Shown here: one piece after another, positions 1 through 13,498 of the stretch | How positions within the stretch are numbered: the first letter of the stretch is position 1 | How the letters are laid out: each line of letters starts with the position of its first letter | NCBI RefSeq assembly: GCF_024521635.1 | Contig: NW_026250404.1 | Coordinates: 744,001 to 808,000 of the forward strand | Direction: 5' to 3' | Source of the DNA: Tricharina praecox | Taxonomy: Eukaryota | DNA: 64,000 nt | Translations under genes and position numbers: made by a program | Notes under the pieces: generated by a model | What the model was told of the DNA's origin: nothing | Database searches by the model: none | What the model saw: only the letters and a program-made list of their open reading frames with translations

Positions 1-482
1 TATCGTCATTACACTTCGATCTGACCGGCAGTTGTGGTAGAGCAGAGGCTCCCGCTGAGTTCGTTAGTTAATCGGGATATGTGTCCGCTAGAATGATCAG
101 GACGGACTATTCTCGTCATGACGTATGATATTTTTGTCTCCAACTCAAACACCCACGCGCGCAGGCGGCAAAATCGTAGGTCCTTTTACGCGCCTAGCGC
201 GAGGAGCAAGGAGGAGGAAACGGATGGTGCACGCTTACCGTCACAGCTGTTTCTGTTGCTTCCGAATTGCGTTTGAAGCTGGGCCGGGAAGCACGTGTCC
301 AACCCAGTCAGGCGAGGCGAGGCGGCAACGCTCGGCCATTCCTCTCTCCCGAAGAACCCAACACAGCACTCATACATATTCAAACCACACAGCTATGCTC
401 ATGCTCACCAGCACTACCTCAACCTGACACCACGCGCACACCCACAGACACACAGACACACAGACACACGGACACACGCACC

Positions 483-1265
483 ATGTCGGACGCGTCAAAT
501 TCCAAGTCCAAGTCCAAGCAACCGCAACCACAGCTCGACGACGAAGAAAAGAGCATACTCTCCGCCGTCACAAGCTCAGCCGCCGGGCTACTGAGCTCCA
601 TAACGCGGGCACCACCATCATCCGTCGCCTCCGCACTCGACTCGGCATCGTCGTCGAAATCGCACGGTGGCTCGTCGTCCCGCGCAGTCGCGGGTTCAAG
701 TTCGTCGTGGTCCGAGACAGTTGCCGGTCCCGGTCCTGGGCGGATCGACGACCGGAGCTATAACGGACAGGGCTACGGCGATCTCCGCGGCTCGGGATCG
801 GATGCGCACATGGCGTTTGCGGCAGCGGAGGAGGACTATAGGTATTTCGCCGCGGGCGGCGGCGGCAGCGAGGGTGGTGGTGCGTTCCACACTTCGGGGT
901 CGAGGTCGGCGGCACATCCGCAACCACAATACCATCCCCAACCGGACGACGGAGCGGATGTGGTGGCGCTCCTCTCCTTCCCGTTGTCCACCTCCGAGAT
1001 CTACACCGACGACCTCCTCGAGACAGTGGACATCAGACACCCAGTCGTGGCGGCATTCGTGGAGTGTCAAGATCCTGTCGAATTCCTTGTTACGCGGCCG
1101 GAGTGGAGTAATTATACCGACAGTGTGTGGGGCGATCTACTTGACGTGTTGAGAGATGCAAAGAAAGAAATAGAGGTTGATGAGGGGAAGGGGAAGGAGG
1201 AAGAGGATGGGAGGGCGGTTGAGAGGTTGAAGCAGATCTGGGGGCAGTTGAGGGCAAAGCTGTAG
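483..1265 (+). CDS. Hypothetical fungal protein (~260 aa), Ser/Gly-rich middle, helical C-terminal motif region
   Basis: ATG at 483 (CACCATGT) inside ORF 267-1265. Motifs DDGADVVALLS, YTDSVWGDLL and AVERLKQIWGQLR resemble a conserved uncharacterised Pezizomycotina family (from recall, not searched). Confidence 0.8.
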   Translation: MSDASNSKSKSKQPQPQLDDEEKSILSAVTSSAAGLLSSITRAPPSSVASALDSASSSKSHGGSSSRAVAGSSSSWSETVAGPGPGRIDDRSYNGQGYGDLRGSGSDAHMAFAAAEEDYRYFAAGGGGSEGGGAFHTSGSRSAAHPQPQYHPQPDDGADVVALLSFPLSTSEIYTDDLLETVDIRHPVVAAFVECQDPVEFLVTRPEWSNYTDSVWGDLLDVLRDAKKEIEVDEGKGKEEEDGRAVERLKQIWGQLRAKL

Positions 1266-4200
1266 GGAATGTGCGGGTGCGATTTCGGCGTTCAAGAGAA
1301 TTTTTCTCGGCGAGTACATCCTACATACCGTAGCTCCCCGAAATACGGTGGAGCGACGGGACTGGGTTGGCGGAGGTTGAGACGCTTCTGCAGAAGTGAC
1401 GGTAGTAGTCAGCCGAAGCTCTCCCATCCACCTGTCTAGGTGTCTCGAAGGAACATGGACTCTCAGCACCCATAGTAGAAGAAGAACCGCTGAGCCGAGA
1501 CGATGTATCATGTCTGCCACATGCCATCTTTCCTCTCGGTGAAGTAGACGGGTGTCCCACATGCACGCTATATCTTGTTTATTCACTATGAATCACTCGC
1601 AAAACAAACAACAAAACAGAAAACAAAAAACAAAAAAGACCGACAGACAGAACGGCCAAAACAAAAACTTGTTTCCCCTGTATCATCGGCCTCAACATGC
1701 AGTCGTGGGCCTGATTCCACGAGAAACCTTTTGTTTCAACGTTTTCTAGATACCATATGTGCCATAGCATCGCTATCGATGCGGTGATGTCGGTGATGTG
1801 GGCGATGTGAGGTGGCGATGTGGGAGATGTTCAAACGTTTCTCTCCCTCTCGCTCGCCTCACGTTTCCATCTGCTCACCTAAAGCACCCTACCTATACGA
1901 TAGCAGGACATTCGATGTGCTCTTCTCTTCTCGCTTTTGCAGTGTACTTCGTATCGATATCGATAACCCAGTCGTGTTCGTAATTAATGCCCCTCACCCC
2001 TCTGGAATTTTTTCCCACGAGCAGAAGCAGCAGCCCACTCAGCGATAACGACGACCGATTGCACGATTGCACAATCGGCTACCTACATGCCGCATACTTC
2101 TACATACCTGCAGTCGGGTCTGCAATTGTTGATTGTTGGGATCGCTTCACTTCGCTTTTGCTTTCGGTTTTCTTTTTGAGTTTCTTTTCTTTTTCTGGGG
2201 GATCTTTTTCCTGGGGATTTTTTTTACTGACCGCTCGCTCGCTGGCAATAGCAAAGGCAAAGGCAAAGGATGAGGAGCTGTGCATTCAACATTATGGGCT
2301 CTTACAAACTTTACGTCTTATGTACAGACTTTAAGCTCTGTCCAATCCACAAATTCACGCATTTCCGCTTCCTGCTTTCTGCTTTCTGCTGCTGTGCTTG
2401 GCCGACTGGAGCCGACTGGAGAGATGGGATCGCTGCATAATGACTCTTTTACATACACATCCGGTTTTTTCTTCGACTGTGTCCGGCCGGAGGCATGGGG
2501 GCTGGTTGTCAGGAATTTAGTATGTATTGTACACACCGTACTGGACGGTGATGTGCGTACACAGGTAGATGAACCTGCCATCGATATCCGTATCGACATC
2601 CGACATCCTGCGACGCTCTGCCATGTAGGTGCGGTACGAGTAGTGTAGTGTAGTTACAGTGCACGGAGGCCACGTGCAACACGCGTCTGCACTTGTAATT
2701 TACAGGAGAAAGGTACCGATTCCTTTGCAGACGTCTGCGGCGGTTTTGATCCCGTCGTGGTCCTGAGCAGTCGAAATTATCATGGTCGGTTTTGGGGCTT
2801 CTGGAGATGGGATTGAGCGAGGCTCTGGGTAGAGGTCACTGACGCCAATCCCTCGACCGCGATGTGAACCCTCCCTATACGCGGAGGAGCAGGAAGAGAA
2901 GGAGGCGGGAAGAAGACGAAGAAGAAGGCGGAGGCGAAGTCTCGACGCATTCGGCGATCGAGCCGCCCCGCCCCCGCCACGCCAACCATACGTGCAGTCC
3001 CGACTCCCCAGTCCGCACTGCCTAGCATGTGTCAATCTGCACTCGACCACGCGGGGTGGGGTGGAGAGCTCAAGGCGGGGGCGGGGAGGTGGGTATGATA
3101 TGTAATACGATTCCGTTGACAGCGGGGCGGGGTAGGTAGATCCAGAGGCAAGACGTCGACGTCGACGCGGGCAAGAGAGACGAACGGACGTCATCACCGC
3201 CGATTTGACTTTTTGACTTTTCGACCGCGCACGTATGTGGGTAAGAAGTACGGAGATACTCCCCACCCTCTCAGCGCGCGGGAGGAGGTAGGGAGGGTGT
3301 GCAGAAGCAGATGCAGGAGCACTACGGCTGAGTAACCCCGCGATATTGATTTTGATACCGATAACGAGTAGAGTGCCCGACGTCCCGCATGCATAAGTAA
3401 AGTACGGCGCGAACAGAAGTCAGCACGCGGAGTGTATAAACGGCGCCCTGCAGCGGCCAATTGGAAAGCACCCGAGAGGAAACGAGAGTATAGTGATTGG
3501 CGAACCACTTTTGCATCTTGATAACGAAAATTTTCAAAGTGGAGTAGAGTAGAGTGAAGTATGTAGAGTGAAGTATGTAGAGTGAAGATGTAGAGTGGAG
3601 ATATAGGGTATCTAAGGTGCGGGGTGGGCCTGGGCTGGCGCCGCCCCCGGACGGGCATTGCCGATGAATGAGTATCATGGGGAAAACCTTCCCTCGCATA
3701 GCATGAGGTGCAGCAGGGCAGACTGGCCGGGTGAAGGATTGGTTTTGTTTGCTTTTCTCTTTCTCTCTGGTTTTTCTCTCTGTGTTTTCGGCGGGCGGTT
3801 GCTGGTTACGGGGGGCGGCGGGTGGATCGAAGTGAGGTGAGGTGAGGTGAGGAGGGCAAGGGTTGTGCTGCTTAGTTGTGCTGCTTGGTTATGGGGCGGG
3901 CAGGTTCCCATCACGCTGTGCTCGTTGTACCCCTAATCGATAGTCGGGCTCCCTCATGCAGCCAACGGGCAAGGGCGGAAGGAAAACAGCACATGATGCG
4001 GCACGGTTCAGGCGGCTTTCGTCCGCAAGGTTGGTACTAGGTGGGTACGGTATGTGTCCGTTTCTTCTCGCTCGTGGGGCAGTTGGGCATCTACTATGTA
4101 ACTGCTCAGCTCCTTTACCATGGCAAGACCGAATGATGCCGCCGCCATGCAATTGGTAGAGTGGAACAAGAGGCAACTACCTGGCCTTCCCTTCGCCATG

Positions 4201-6299
4201 GGTGTCCCTGGACAGATCAACGGCTCCCGGTTTTCTTCCGCTGATGGGGCGGGGGCGGCAGAGGCCCATGTTCCTTCGACCGCACCAGCCACTCTCCTAC
4301 GGTACTCTACATACTACGGTAGTACATCATGTACAAAGTGTGTGCTCTACTGACACTACGTACCGACCGCACAAACTTAGCCACCGGTTTGTACAACAAC
4401 GCGGCCGTCATACCGGAGAAAACATGATCACCGAACAACAGCTAAGAAAGGCCAACTAGGGGAAGGCGTGATGATCTCCGTTGTACCACCATTACTACCA
4501 ACTACTGCCACCATTGTCCAGGATGGCCACCACCACCACCCACCACCCACCACCACGATCGCGGGCTCCTGAACTCTTCCACTCCGGAGTATATCTCGGC
4601 ATTGATGGTAGTACCACCTTGCTCATGGGCAATGACTCCGAAGTGCGGAAGTGGCTGTCGATGGCTATTTATCCGTCTAGTGAGCGTTTGTGGTGCGTGT
4701 ATGCAGCCAAGGCCGCATTGCAGTTATAATGCATAGAGCTAACCGTGACAACACAGCAGACTTTTGCCCTCTTGCACAATCTTTGCGTCTTCACCGCGCC
4801 GCCGCCAGATTGAGCCACGGACCTACTCTACCCTACTCTACCCTACTCTACTCTACTCTACTTTTGCTTCCGACTGCACTTGCTGGACTTGCCAGGCGGG
4901 GTCTGGTTGGCGGACACGTTGCTCCCTCCTGTTATGTACTTGAGATGGTTGTACGTACTTCACGATTACGGGAGCCTGCTGCCGTGATGTGTGTGTAAGA
5001 GAGGTTCGCCCTGCCTTTATGGCACCAGGCACCAGGGCCCCGTGGAAGCCGTTGGAAGACCTCAGCGTGTAAGATGGACCGACGTCAACCGTGAGCCATC
5101 ATGGGTTACCGCAGCCTTGCTTCTGCATCACGTCCGTTGTTCGTGCGAAATGACCCCAGCCCCTAGGTTATTAGCTATTGCTGCCATCGTTTTTATACAA
5201 CACTGTAGGACGGCCTCGTCTTTCTTTTTTTTCCTTCTTCTTCTTCTTTCCGATCTACATTCTCACCCACGCTCGACTTCCCCGGACACCCCCCTCCACC
5301 CACCCACCGAACCCGTTCTGTCCTCCCACCGCTCGCCATCTGCTCTCCCCGATACAAATATCGATTGGGCCTGCAAGCAATAGCCATAGATTACTGGACG
5401 ACATCCTATTCTCGCGGCTATCAAGGGTTGGTCCGAAACGCCGCAGCTTGTTTGATTGATCCTGCATTGGTGGTGAGTTTAGTTCTGGTTCCGGCCTTCC
5501 GTTAAACAATCATTGTCAGCGGTGGACGTGGAGGAGGGGGGTGGTGGTGGTGGCGGCGGTAGTGGCATGCACTCTGCAGAGCTCTCTTCCATCCCTACAC
5601 TTCTGGTCCGGCCGGCGTCCTCACGGCGTCCACCCGGCGTCCTTCCTCACCCTACCCACTGTATACCCTTGTTGCCACTTTGAAACGCGTCTCGCGGCTT
5701 CATCTGATTCTCATGGGCCAAACCATACCGTGCTTGCATAATCGAAAGCCCTTTGCTTAAAGGCCCATCCATTCCCACCACAACACGTCCCTCCGATCGA
5801 TCGGTCGTTGTCTCCCCCCACCCCGCATCTCATATCCATACTGCACAGCTTGCTGCATGTTGTTATTGTCTTCTCCCGATTCGAAGTCTATTCTACAGCC
5901 GCGGAAACGACTCGTTCGCTCGTAAACCCTCTAATATTGTTTTTATAGTGGGCGAACGATATACCCAATCATTTCCAATAGCTTCCACTGAAGCCCGTTG
6001 TATCTGCTAGTCCCCGTGGTGCGATCCTATAATCGAGAAGAGGTTAGTTTACCGCCCTACTTTGTCTCACACGGATTTCCCCAGCCCGTCCTGGTTAAGC
6101 ACGCACACGACACAATGCCCCATCTCGCATCACTCGCGTTCAGTTCGTGATGGTAGACTGACAGTCGTGCAAGCGAATTGAAGGGGCCCGAGTACGCACA
6201 TCTCTATTGTGTGTACTCCCCCGAAGATTCCAGCGTGCTTGTTTTTCCGTTTTCGTTTTATTGATTCATTTTTCTTAAGACTGCAATTACGAGTTCCAC

Positions 6300-9200
6300 A
6301 TGATCGGTAGATCTGTGACCCGCGCATCAAGAGAAGCTGACTCTCAAGCTGCACCGCCTAGAGCTCCCACTCCTCCAACGAGAACAGCTTCGGCGAGTCC
6401 CGAAGTCCGTGTTCACCGGCGCTCTTCGCCCAGAGAATCCAGTGGCATGAGCAATAGCAATATGGCTGCTCCACTTGGATCACATTCTCCAATGTCGAGT
6501 TCGAGCGCATTGGTCTCACGGCCAACGGAAGAAGAGGAGTTCTCGGACGAGCCCAGAGAAGACTCCGGCAACTCCAGGTCTTCGTCGAAATCCCCCCCAG
6601 GCTCCTCCTCCGGCAGTGGGGCAGTGCGGCACCATACGGCATATTTCCCTCCAACCCCTCCGTACTCAAATGGCTCGCCGAGAGAGTACGCCCCTGCACC
6701 TTCGTACGGCTCATCGAGAGGTGTCCATAGAGTCGAACGAGTGGCCCCAGAATTCAATGGCCACTACCCAGCACCCCAACAATACTCGCCACATCCACAA
6801 CAGGCGCCACATCCAGGCCAAGGCCAACAGCCACAATACACGCGGAGACCGCTATACCACCAACGGATACACAGCAACAGTTCTCCCCCCGTATCCAACT
6901 TTGCGCCTACACGTCCCGGCTATGGCGGCGGCAGCTCAGGATACGGCCGACGGATGAGCGGCTTCGGCGGCGGCCGGTCTCCATCCGATTTGGGCGGCGA
7001 AATGGATTTGGAGCGAATCGATCACCGCGGACATGCGCAGTACGGTAATGGGGGATATGGGATGATGGACGACGCCGGCCCAGAGTTCGGTGCCGGTCCG
7101 TTGTCGCCTCCCATGGGCATGGGCGGTTTTGGCGGCGATCCGCATGAGAACCTTGCTGCTATCATTGCGCGTGCTGGTGGCGCACTTTCGTCGCTTTCTC
7201 TGTCGATACCCTCCCTACACCAGCTGTGTGATCGTCACCGGGCCGTCACGGCGGAGCTGGATCACTACGGACGCATCATCGAGGAGCAGGATATTCAGCT
7301 CAAGGAGCTTCTCGGAAAGGAGAAGCAGCTAGAACAGCTCAAGAAGAGTATGGAGCACCTGTCCGGCGTCCATACCGCTGAGATCAACACGCTCCGCAAC
7401 CGGATTTTCGATATGGAGCGGGAGATTAAACTGTTGAAGGAAGCTGCAGATGTCATGGAGAAGGAGCGGCTGGATCTCGAGGAACGAGTTGAGGTCGAGA
7501 GGCAACGACTTAACGAGGGTTTCGAGGAGTGGAAGAAAGAGGCGGCGGAGGCCCATGAAGTCACGGTCAGGGAGATGCAGGAGAAACATGAACGATGCCT
7601 CACGGACCGGGATGGGCTTCATGAAGTGGCCCTGAAAGAGACTGCAGAGAGTCATTTCTCCCTGGTCGAAGCGAAGGACATCACCCACGCAAAAGCCATC
7701 GAAGAGAAGGAAGTTGCCCATCTCGTTCTGCTGCAAGAGCAGGAGGCAAGCCACGAACTTCAAAAGACCGAACTCGTCACCGCCCACGACCAGGAACTTT
7801 CTTCCATCGAAGGAGCCCACAAGACAAAACTGGAGGAGCTCGAAGCAACCCACGGCAAGATCGTCACGGAACTCAACCTCCAGTTCGGAGAGGAGAAAGA
7901 TGCCCTGCAGGAACAGCTCCAGGCCGAGAAACTCGAGATCGAGGCTGCATTCGCCGCCGAGAAGAAGACCCTCCTGGATGAATTCGACGCGAAAATGAAC
8001 GCATTTTCTGATGAGCTTGCGGCTGTGAAGAAAGGCCTCGAGGACTCTCATGCCATAGAGACGATTTCCATGAAGGAGGCGTTCTCCACCGAGCGCACCA
8101 CCCTCGAGGAACAACGTGAAAGCGAGAAGAACGAAATGCAAGCTGCATTCGAGATTGAGAAGGAGGAGATGAAGAACGCATTCATCCACGAGAAAGAGAG
8201 TATGGAGCAGAAGTTCGTCGAGGAGAAGAAGGCTATGGAGGAGAGCTTCGCCATCGAGAAGAAAGAGATCGAGAAGGTTTTCCAGGAAGAGAAGGACGAG
8301 CTCCTCGGCACCTTTGATTTCGCGAAAGCTGCTTGGGCAGAAGAGAAGGAGCGGATGATATCCGAGTGGGAAGCGGAAAAACTCCGGATGGCCACAGAGT
8401 TCACCGAGATGAAGAAGAGCCTCGAGGACGACAAGGAGAACCTCGAAAGCGGCAAGAAGACGCTCGAAATCGAGAAAGCAGCCCTCGAGTCACTCCGGGA
8501 TCAGCTCGAAGAGCGGGTCTCTAGCCTCGAGACCATCAAGGCCAGCCTCGAAGCCGAGAAAGAAAATCTCGTCACTAAGAACAACGAGTTCTCCGCTGAG
8601 CGGACCAGGCTCGATGGGATCATCCAGAACCTACAGAACACTCTCGACTCCATGCAGAAGGACAATCGGAAACTGATCGAGACGCTGAAGAAGATTGCCG
8701 AAGAAGAAGAGGGTGGTGAGATCAGGAGCCGAGGTGACGGGTACTAGTAAGTGGTTTCCCGATTCCCAGTGCTACAAGCGGAACGACTAACAGCAGAATA
8801 GCATTGATGCCTTCAAAAAGCTCACACGAGATATCATTGATATCTCGTATGAATTTACTTGCCTTCCCATTGCACCTTCAAATGTTTGCCCCTCCATATA
8901 AAATTTGCCCGGACGGTGCTAACATCCGACACAGCGGGTGCTTGCGGAACTCCCTGTTGGCCTTCCCTCGATGCTGAACAACAGTGACGCCTCGGCGATC
9001 CTGCGGCAAGCATACGTGCAACACACCATCAGCAAATATCTATGCTACCGCATCTTCCAGCCCTTCCTCTTCTCCTTGGGCAAGCGCTACGACAAAGCCG
9101 ATACATTGTTCCAAGCTATGTCCAACCAGCTACGGGAGAAGAGCACACGCAAGGAAGCCGTATGGCGGCACTACACACTCCTCGCCGGGTACACCACCTA

Positions 9201-12080
9201 CAACGCGAAGAAGAACCAGCAAGTCGCGGCAGCAGCTGTGATCGAAGAGATCGCTTCATACGTCAAGCCCTTTGCGGATCCGAGCAAGATGGACGTCGTC
9301 ACATCCGGAATCACCCGTATCGTCAAGTACGCCGTCGAGACCTGGCGCTACGCCCGGATGGAGCGTGAGATCATCACGGCCAGTATGAGTGTCGACGACA
9401 CCGACGCCGACTGGTGGACCGCCCATGAATACGCCACCAAGCTACCGTACTCGGCCGACTCGGCACTCACCAACCTGCAGACCCGCACCGGTACCAAGGA
9501 GGTTGTGATCCCGTTGATTCCGGTCTTCCATCGCGAGGGGACATTGCCGTCGCTGCACCGCCCAACCGCCGTCCTCGACGATGGCCGCGTCTTTAGTAAG
9601 GGTGTGGTTTTGTACTCCGACTGCCTGCCCGTTCTGCATCGCAAGTATGAGCTGGGAGAGTTGCAAGGCGTCCTCAACGAGCTGAAGGTGGAGAGCGCAG
9701 AGAAAGAGGCTGCAGCTGCCGAGGCGAAAGAGGCGGAACAGAAGAAGGTGGTAAAGTTTGAAGAGGAGAAACTTGCCAGAGAGCGCCAAGCGGCGGAGGC
9801 AAAGGCGGAGGACGAACGGTTGGCAAAGGCTGTCGAAATCGCCAAGAAGGCGGCCGAGGAGAAGGCCGATGCTGAGGTCAAGGCCGCCGAGGAAGCTGCG
9901 ATCGCCGAAGCCGAAGCCGAAGCCGAGAAGGCTCGTGTTGAGGCCGCCAAAGTCGAAGCCGAAGCAGCAGCCGCCCAGGAAGCTGAAGCTGCCCGTGTCG
10001 CTGCCGAAGAGGCCGAAGCCGAGGCCGAGAAGGCGCGCATTGTCGCCGAAGAAGCCGAGGCGGTTCGCATCGCTGCCGAAGAGACCGCCCGAGCCGAGGC
10101 CGAGGCCGAGAAGGAACGCCTTGCTCTCGAAAAGGCCGAAGCCGAGGTCGAAGCCGAGAAGGAACGCCTTGCTTTCGAAGAAGCTAAAGTCGAGGCCGAG
10201 AAGGCGCGAATTATCGCCGCCGAAGCTGCAGCATCCGCAGCCGCCACCGACCTCGAACGTGAAGCACGGGAAGAGCTCGCGCGAGCCATGGCTGATAATG
10301 ACGCGATGGGCCCACAGGCGACAGACGATGACGGCATGGTTACCGAAGCAGAGATGGCAGCCATCGAGGCAGCGATCGAGTCGGCTGTCTACGAGAGGAT
10401 GGCGCCCGTGCCTAGTGTTATTGGGGGAGTTGACATCTCAGAAGGTGAGGATTGTCATGATTATTAATTTTTACTTTCATCGCGTGTGCTTTCTCGATTG
10501 CGATGAATGCTGATCGTGTGTGTCAAGACGAAGATGATCTCGTCGAGGAGAGCCAAGGCGGCGTGCAAGTGGAGGCTGAGATGGTTGAGGAAGAGGATGA
10601 GGTTAAAGAGGAGGTGGCAGTCGCGCCCATGGACATTTTAGTGGACGAGGACCAGGAGAAGCGAGATGAGCAAGATGACGTCGAGGAAATGAACGTCGAG
10701 GTAACGGAGCAGGAACTCACGGAAGAGCCAAAAGAGGACCCTATCGTCGTTGTCTCTGAGGAGGCCGAGGTGGAGAAGAACGAGGAGGTGATCGTGGAGG
10801 AAGTCAGCGAGGAAAAGAAGGACTTGGAAGATGAGGAGGAGGTCGCCACGGTCGAGGTCGCTGCTGGGGAAGCCATTCTGGAAGATACGATTGCTAAGGC
10901 TATCGACGAGACCGCTGCTATCGACGAGACCGCCACCGTTCCCGAGGTCATCGCCGAAGACGTCGGTTCCGAGGCTGAAGCTGTCGTCGATGTTGCCCCA
11001 GAGCCTGAAGTTGTCGTCGAGGCTGCTATTCCCGAAAGCAACACCAAGGCTGTCATCTCCGAGGACATCGCACCGGAAGTCGAAGTTAACGCGGCCATTA
11101 CTCCCGAGGTTGCTGCTATCGAGAAGGCCACTATCGAGGTGGTCGCCGCTGAAGACGTCGCTCTCGAGACTGCCACTCCGAAGGTTGAGGCTGTCTTCGA
11201 GGCTGTCGTTTCCGAGGACATCGCACCGGAAGTCAAAGCTGCCGTAGCCGCTATTCCCGAGGCCGAAGTTGTCACCGAGGCCGAAGTTGTCGAGGCCGTC
11301 GTTCCCGACAGTTTCACCGAGGCTGTAATCACCGATGCCATCGCTCCGGAGGTCGAAGTCGTTGAGGCCGCTAACCCCGAGGCTGTCGTTTCCGAGGCCG
11401 AAGTTGCCGTTCCTGAAGTCACTGCCCCGGAGGCTGAAGCCGTCGAGACCGTTTCTTCCGAGCCGGATACGATAGTCGCCGAAGCCGTAGAAGAAACCGC
11501 CATCGAGGTTACCGCTCCAGAGGCCATCATTGAGGCTGTCGCTGTCGATACCGAGACTGTTGAGCCCGTTGCTCCCGAGGCTGCTGTCGTTGAGGATGTC
11601 GCCACGGAGGCTGCCGCCCCAGAGGCCGAAGTGGTTGCCGTCGAAACCGACGTTTCCCCGGCTATCACTCCCGAGGTTGAGGCTGTTGAGACCGTTGCTC
11701 CCGAGGCCGCCGCTGTCGAGGCTGTTCCCGAGGCCGCCTCCGATGCTGTCACCAAGGAAGTCGAAGCCGAGCTGGAAGCCATTTCGACCCCCGAGCCAAC
11801 TGTTGAAGCACCCACGGCCATCGCCGAAGAGACGTCATCCCTGGCCATTGACGTAGAGGCAGCCACCACCGCTGCAGCCACCTCACCGCCGCGGTCTCCA
11901 CCACGCTCACCAGTGATGCCACCAGCGATGCCAGTGATCGCCGAAGAAGCTGAAGAAGAAGCGGAAGCCGCCGGCAGCCGCACCCCCACGCTGTCAAGGA
12001 AGTCCTCGATTCCAGTGGCGATCAACTCCACTTCGGCGCCCAACAAGAAGGGCAGGAAGAAGAGGGGAGGGAAGAAATGA
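6300..12080 (+). CDS. Large (~1860 aa) protein: disordered N-terminus, long E/K coiled coil, central globular domain, A/E/K helical region, acidic E/A/V/P/T repeats, basic tail
   Basis: Exons 6300-8746, 8802-8883, 8935-10444 and 10528-12080 join in frame across introns 8747-8801 (GTAAGT..ACTAAC..TAG), 8884-8934 (GTTTGC..GCTAAC..CAG) and 10445-10527 (GTGAGG..GCTGAT..AAG). The central domain reads YYIDAFKKLTRDI...LRQAYVQHTISKYLCYRIFQPFLF. The true start is uncertain and a further 5' exon is possible. Confidence 0.85.
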
Positions 12081-13498
12081 GTTAGTGTGAACCATGAGAG
12101 GGAGTTTGTATGATTTTTGGCGTTACTTTTATCTGTTTTTGGGACGGTTTTTTGGGTGGCGGGGTGTTCGGTGTGCTGCATATTTATTTTTCTCTACTCT
12201 ACTCTATCATGATTTACGGAGCCTTTTACTTTGGGCGTGTGGTTGAATTTCATAATGTGTTTCTGTATATCCTATGTAGCTGGTGCTGAAAAGAATACAC
12301 GTCTACATCCTACTTCAAGTGTTTCCTTCACGTTCGTGATTCACTCCACGCATACGGCGATATACATACTACACGGCATACCTACGCTGCTGCTGCCAGG
12401 TGTACGGCTCAAGGAGGTTCTGGTTCCTGATCTCCGCCCCTGGAACTTCCCGACGATACATGAGCGCACCAAGGAAATAACTGCGTGCTGTTGGCCAGCA
12501 TCCCCCCACCCCATGTGGGCCCAATAACCGAGTGATGAGTCATGTCCATCTCTGGTCTGTAGGTCTGTCATCAGGCACCAACTTCCAATGATTAGCCCTA
12601 CTGCTGATGCTGCTGCTGTGGGGCGGGGTGCTGATATCCCACCTATAATCGGCATCATGGAAATCACGGAGATCGCGGTGAGTTTGAGGTTTTGGACGGA
12701 CGAGTCATAGTTCGTGTCACAGTGGGATGATTGTGGTCGATACGTTGGATGTAGGTAAGCATGTAAGCAGGTATGAAGGTAGGTAAGAAAGCAAAGCTTG
12801 ATGTAGAAATGCTAGGTAGATTGAGACAAAACAAGGCGTAAAGAACGACAAGACATGCAAGACATAAAGAACGACAATTCGAAGAAGGAGAAATACGCAT
12901 GGGAGTCCCCCTCCCCTCCCCCTCCCCCCTCCCCCCCTCAGCCTCCCCGCGCAAAACAAAACAGTGCAATTGCTCCTCCCAGTAAATGAATGAACCCCAA
13001 TCCCAACCCTGATCCGGCCCCGTACACATGCCAATAACGCCCCAAAAACAGAAATAGACCCAAATTCCAAATGTCAAATACCAATGTCAAATTCCAGCTC
13101 TCTAGTGAGCTTCGTAGTAGTAGTCGTAGTCGTTGTTTCTTCATGATCGATCGTGTCTTCGTCGCCGCGAGGGGAGTTTCCTCCAGGTCCCTCATCCAGC
13201 CTTGACCTTCGTCTGCCACGATCCTCTCTTCCCCTCTTCCCTACACCCTCCTCCCACTGCCAACATTGATTTTTGTTTTGTTTTGTTTTGTATTGTTGTT
13301 TTGTTGTGATTGATAGACAGATACTCCAGAACAGCGAATGACTCCAGAACAGCGAATGACACGACTCGGGGAAAACAATCTGGCAACCAACGCATCCTCG
13401 TCCTCGTAGTTGACCTCAGTGAAAGTCTCTTCTGTAAAGATTGTTCGTGCTCGTGTCCGCGCCGGAGCTCTAGTGATCTCGCAATGAGCAACCAATCG

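Noticed and set aside
9348..12181. Long antisense ORFs (338 and 552 aa, Ser/Ala/Thr-rich)
   Set aside because: Shadows of the GAG/GCC/GTC-rich sense exons of the coiled-coil gene.
13241..13498. In-frame extension beyond the ZF1 TGA stop (possible readthrough)
   Set aside because: The context TGA CGA is not the TGA CTA readthrough motif, and the extension runs into simple repeats.
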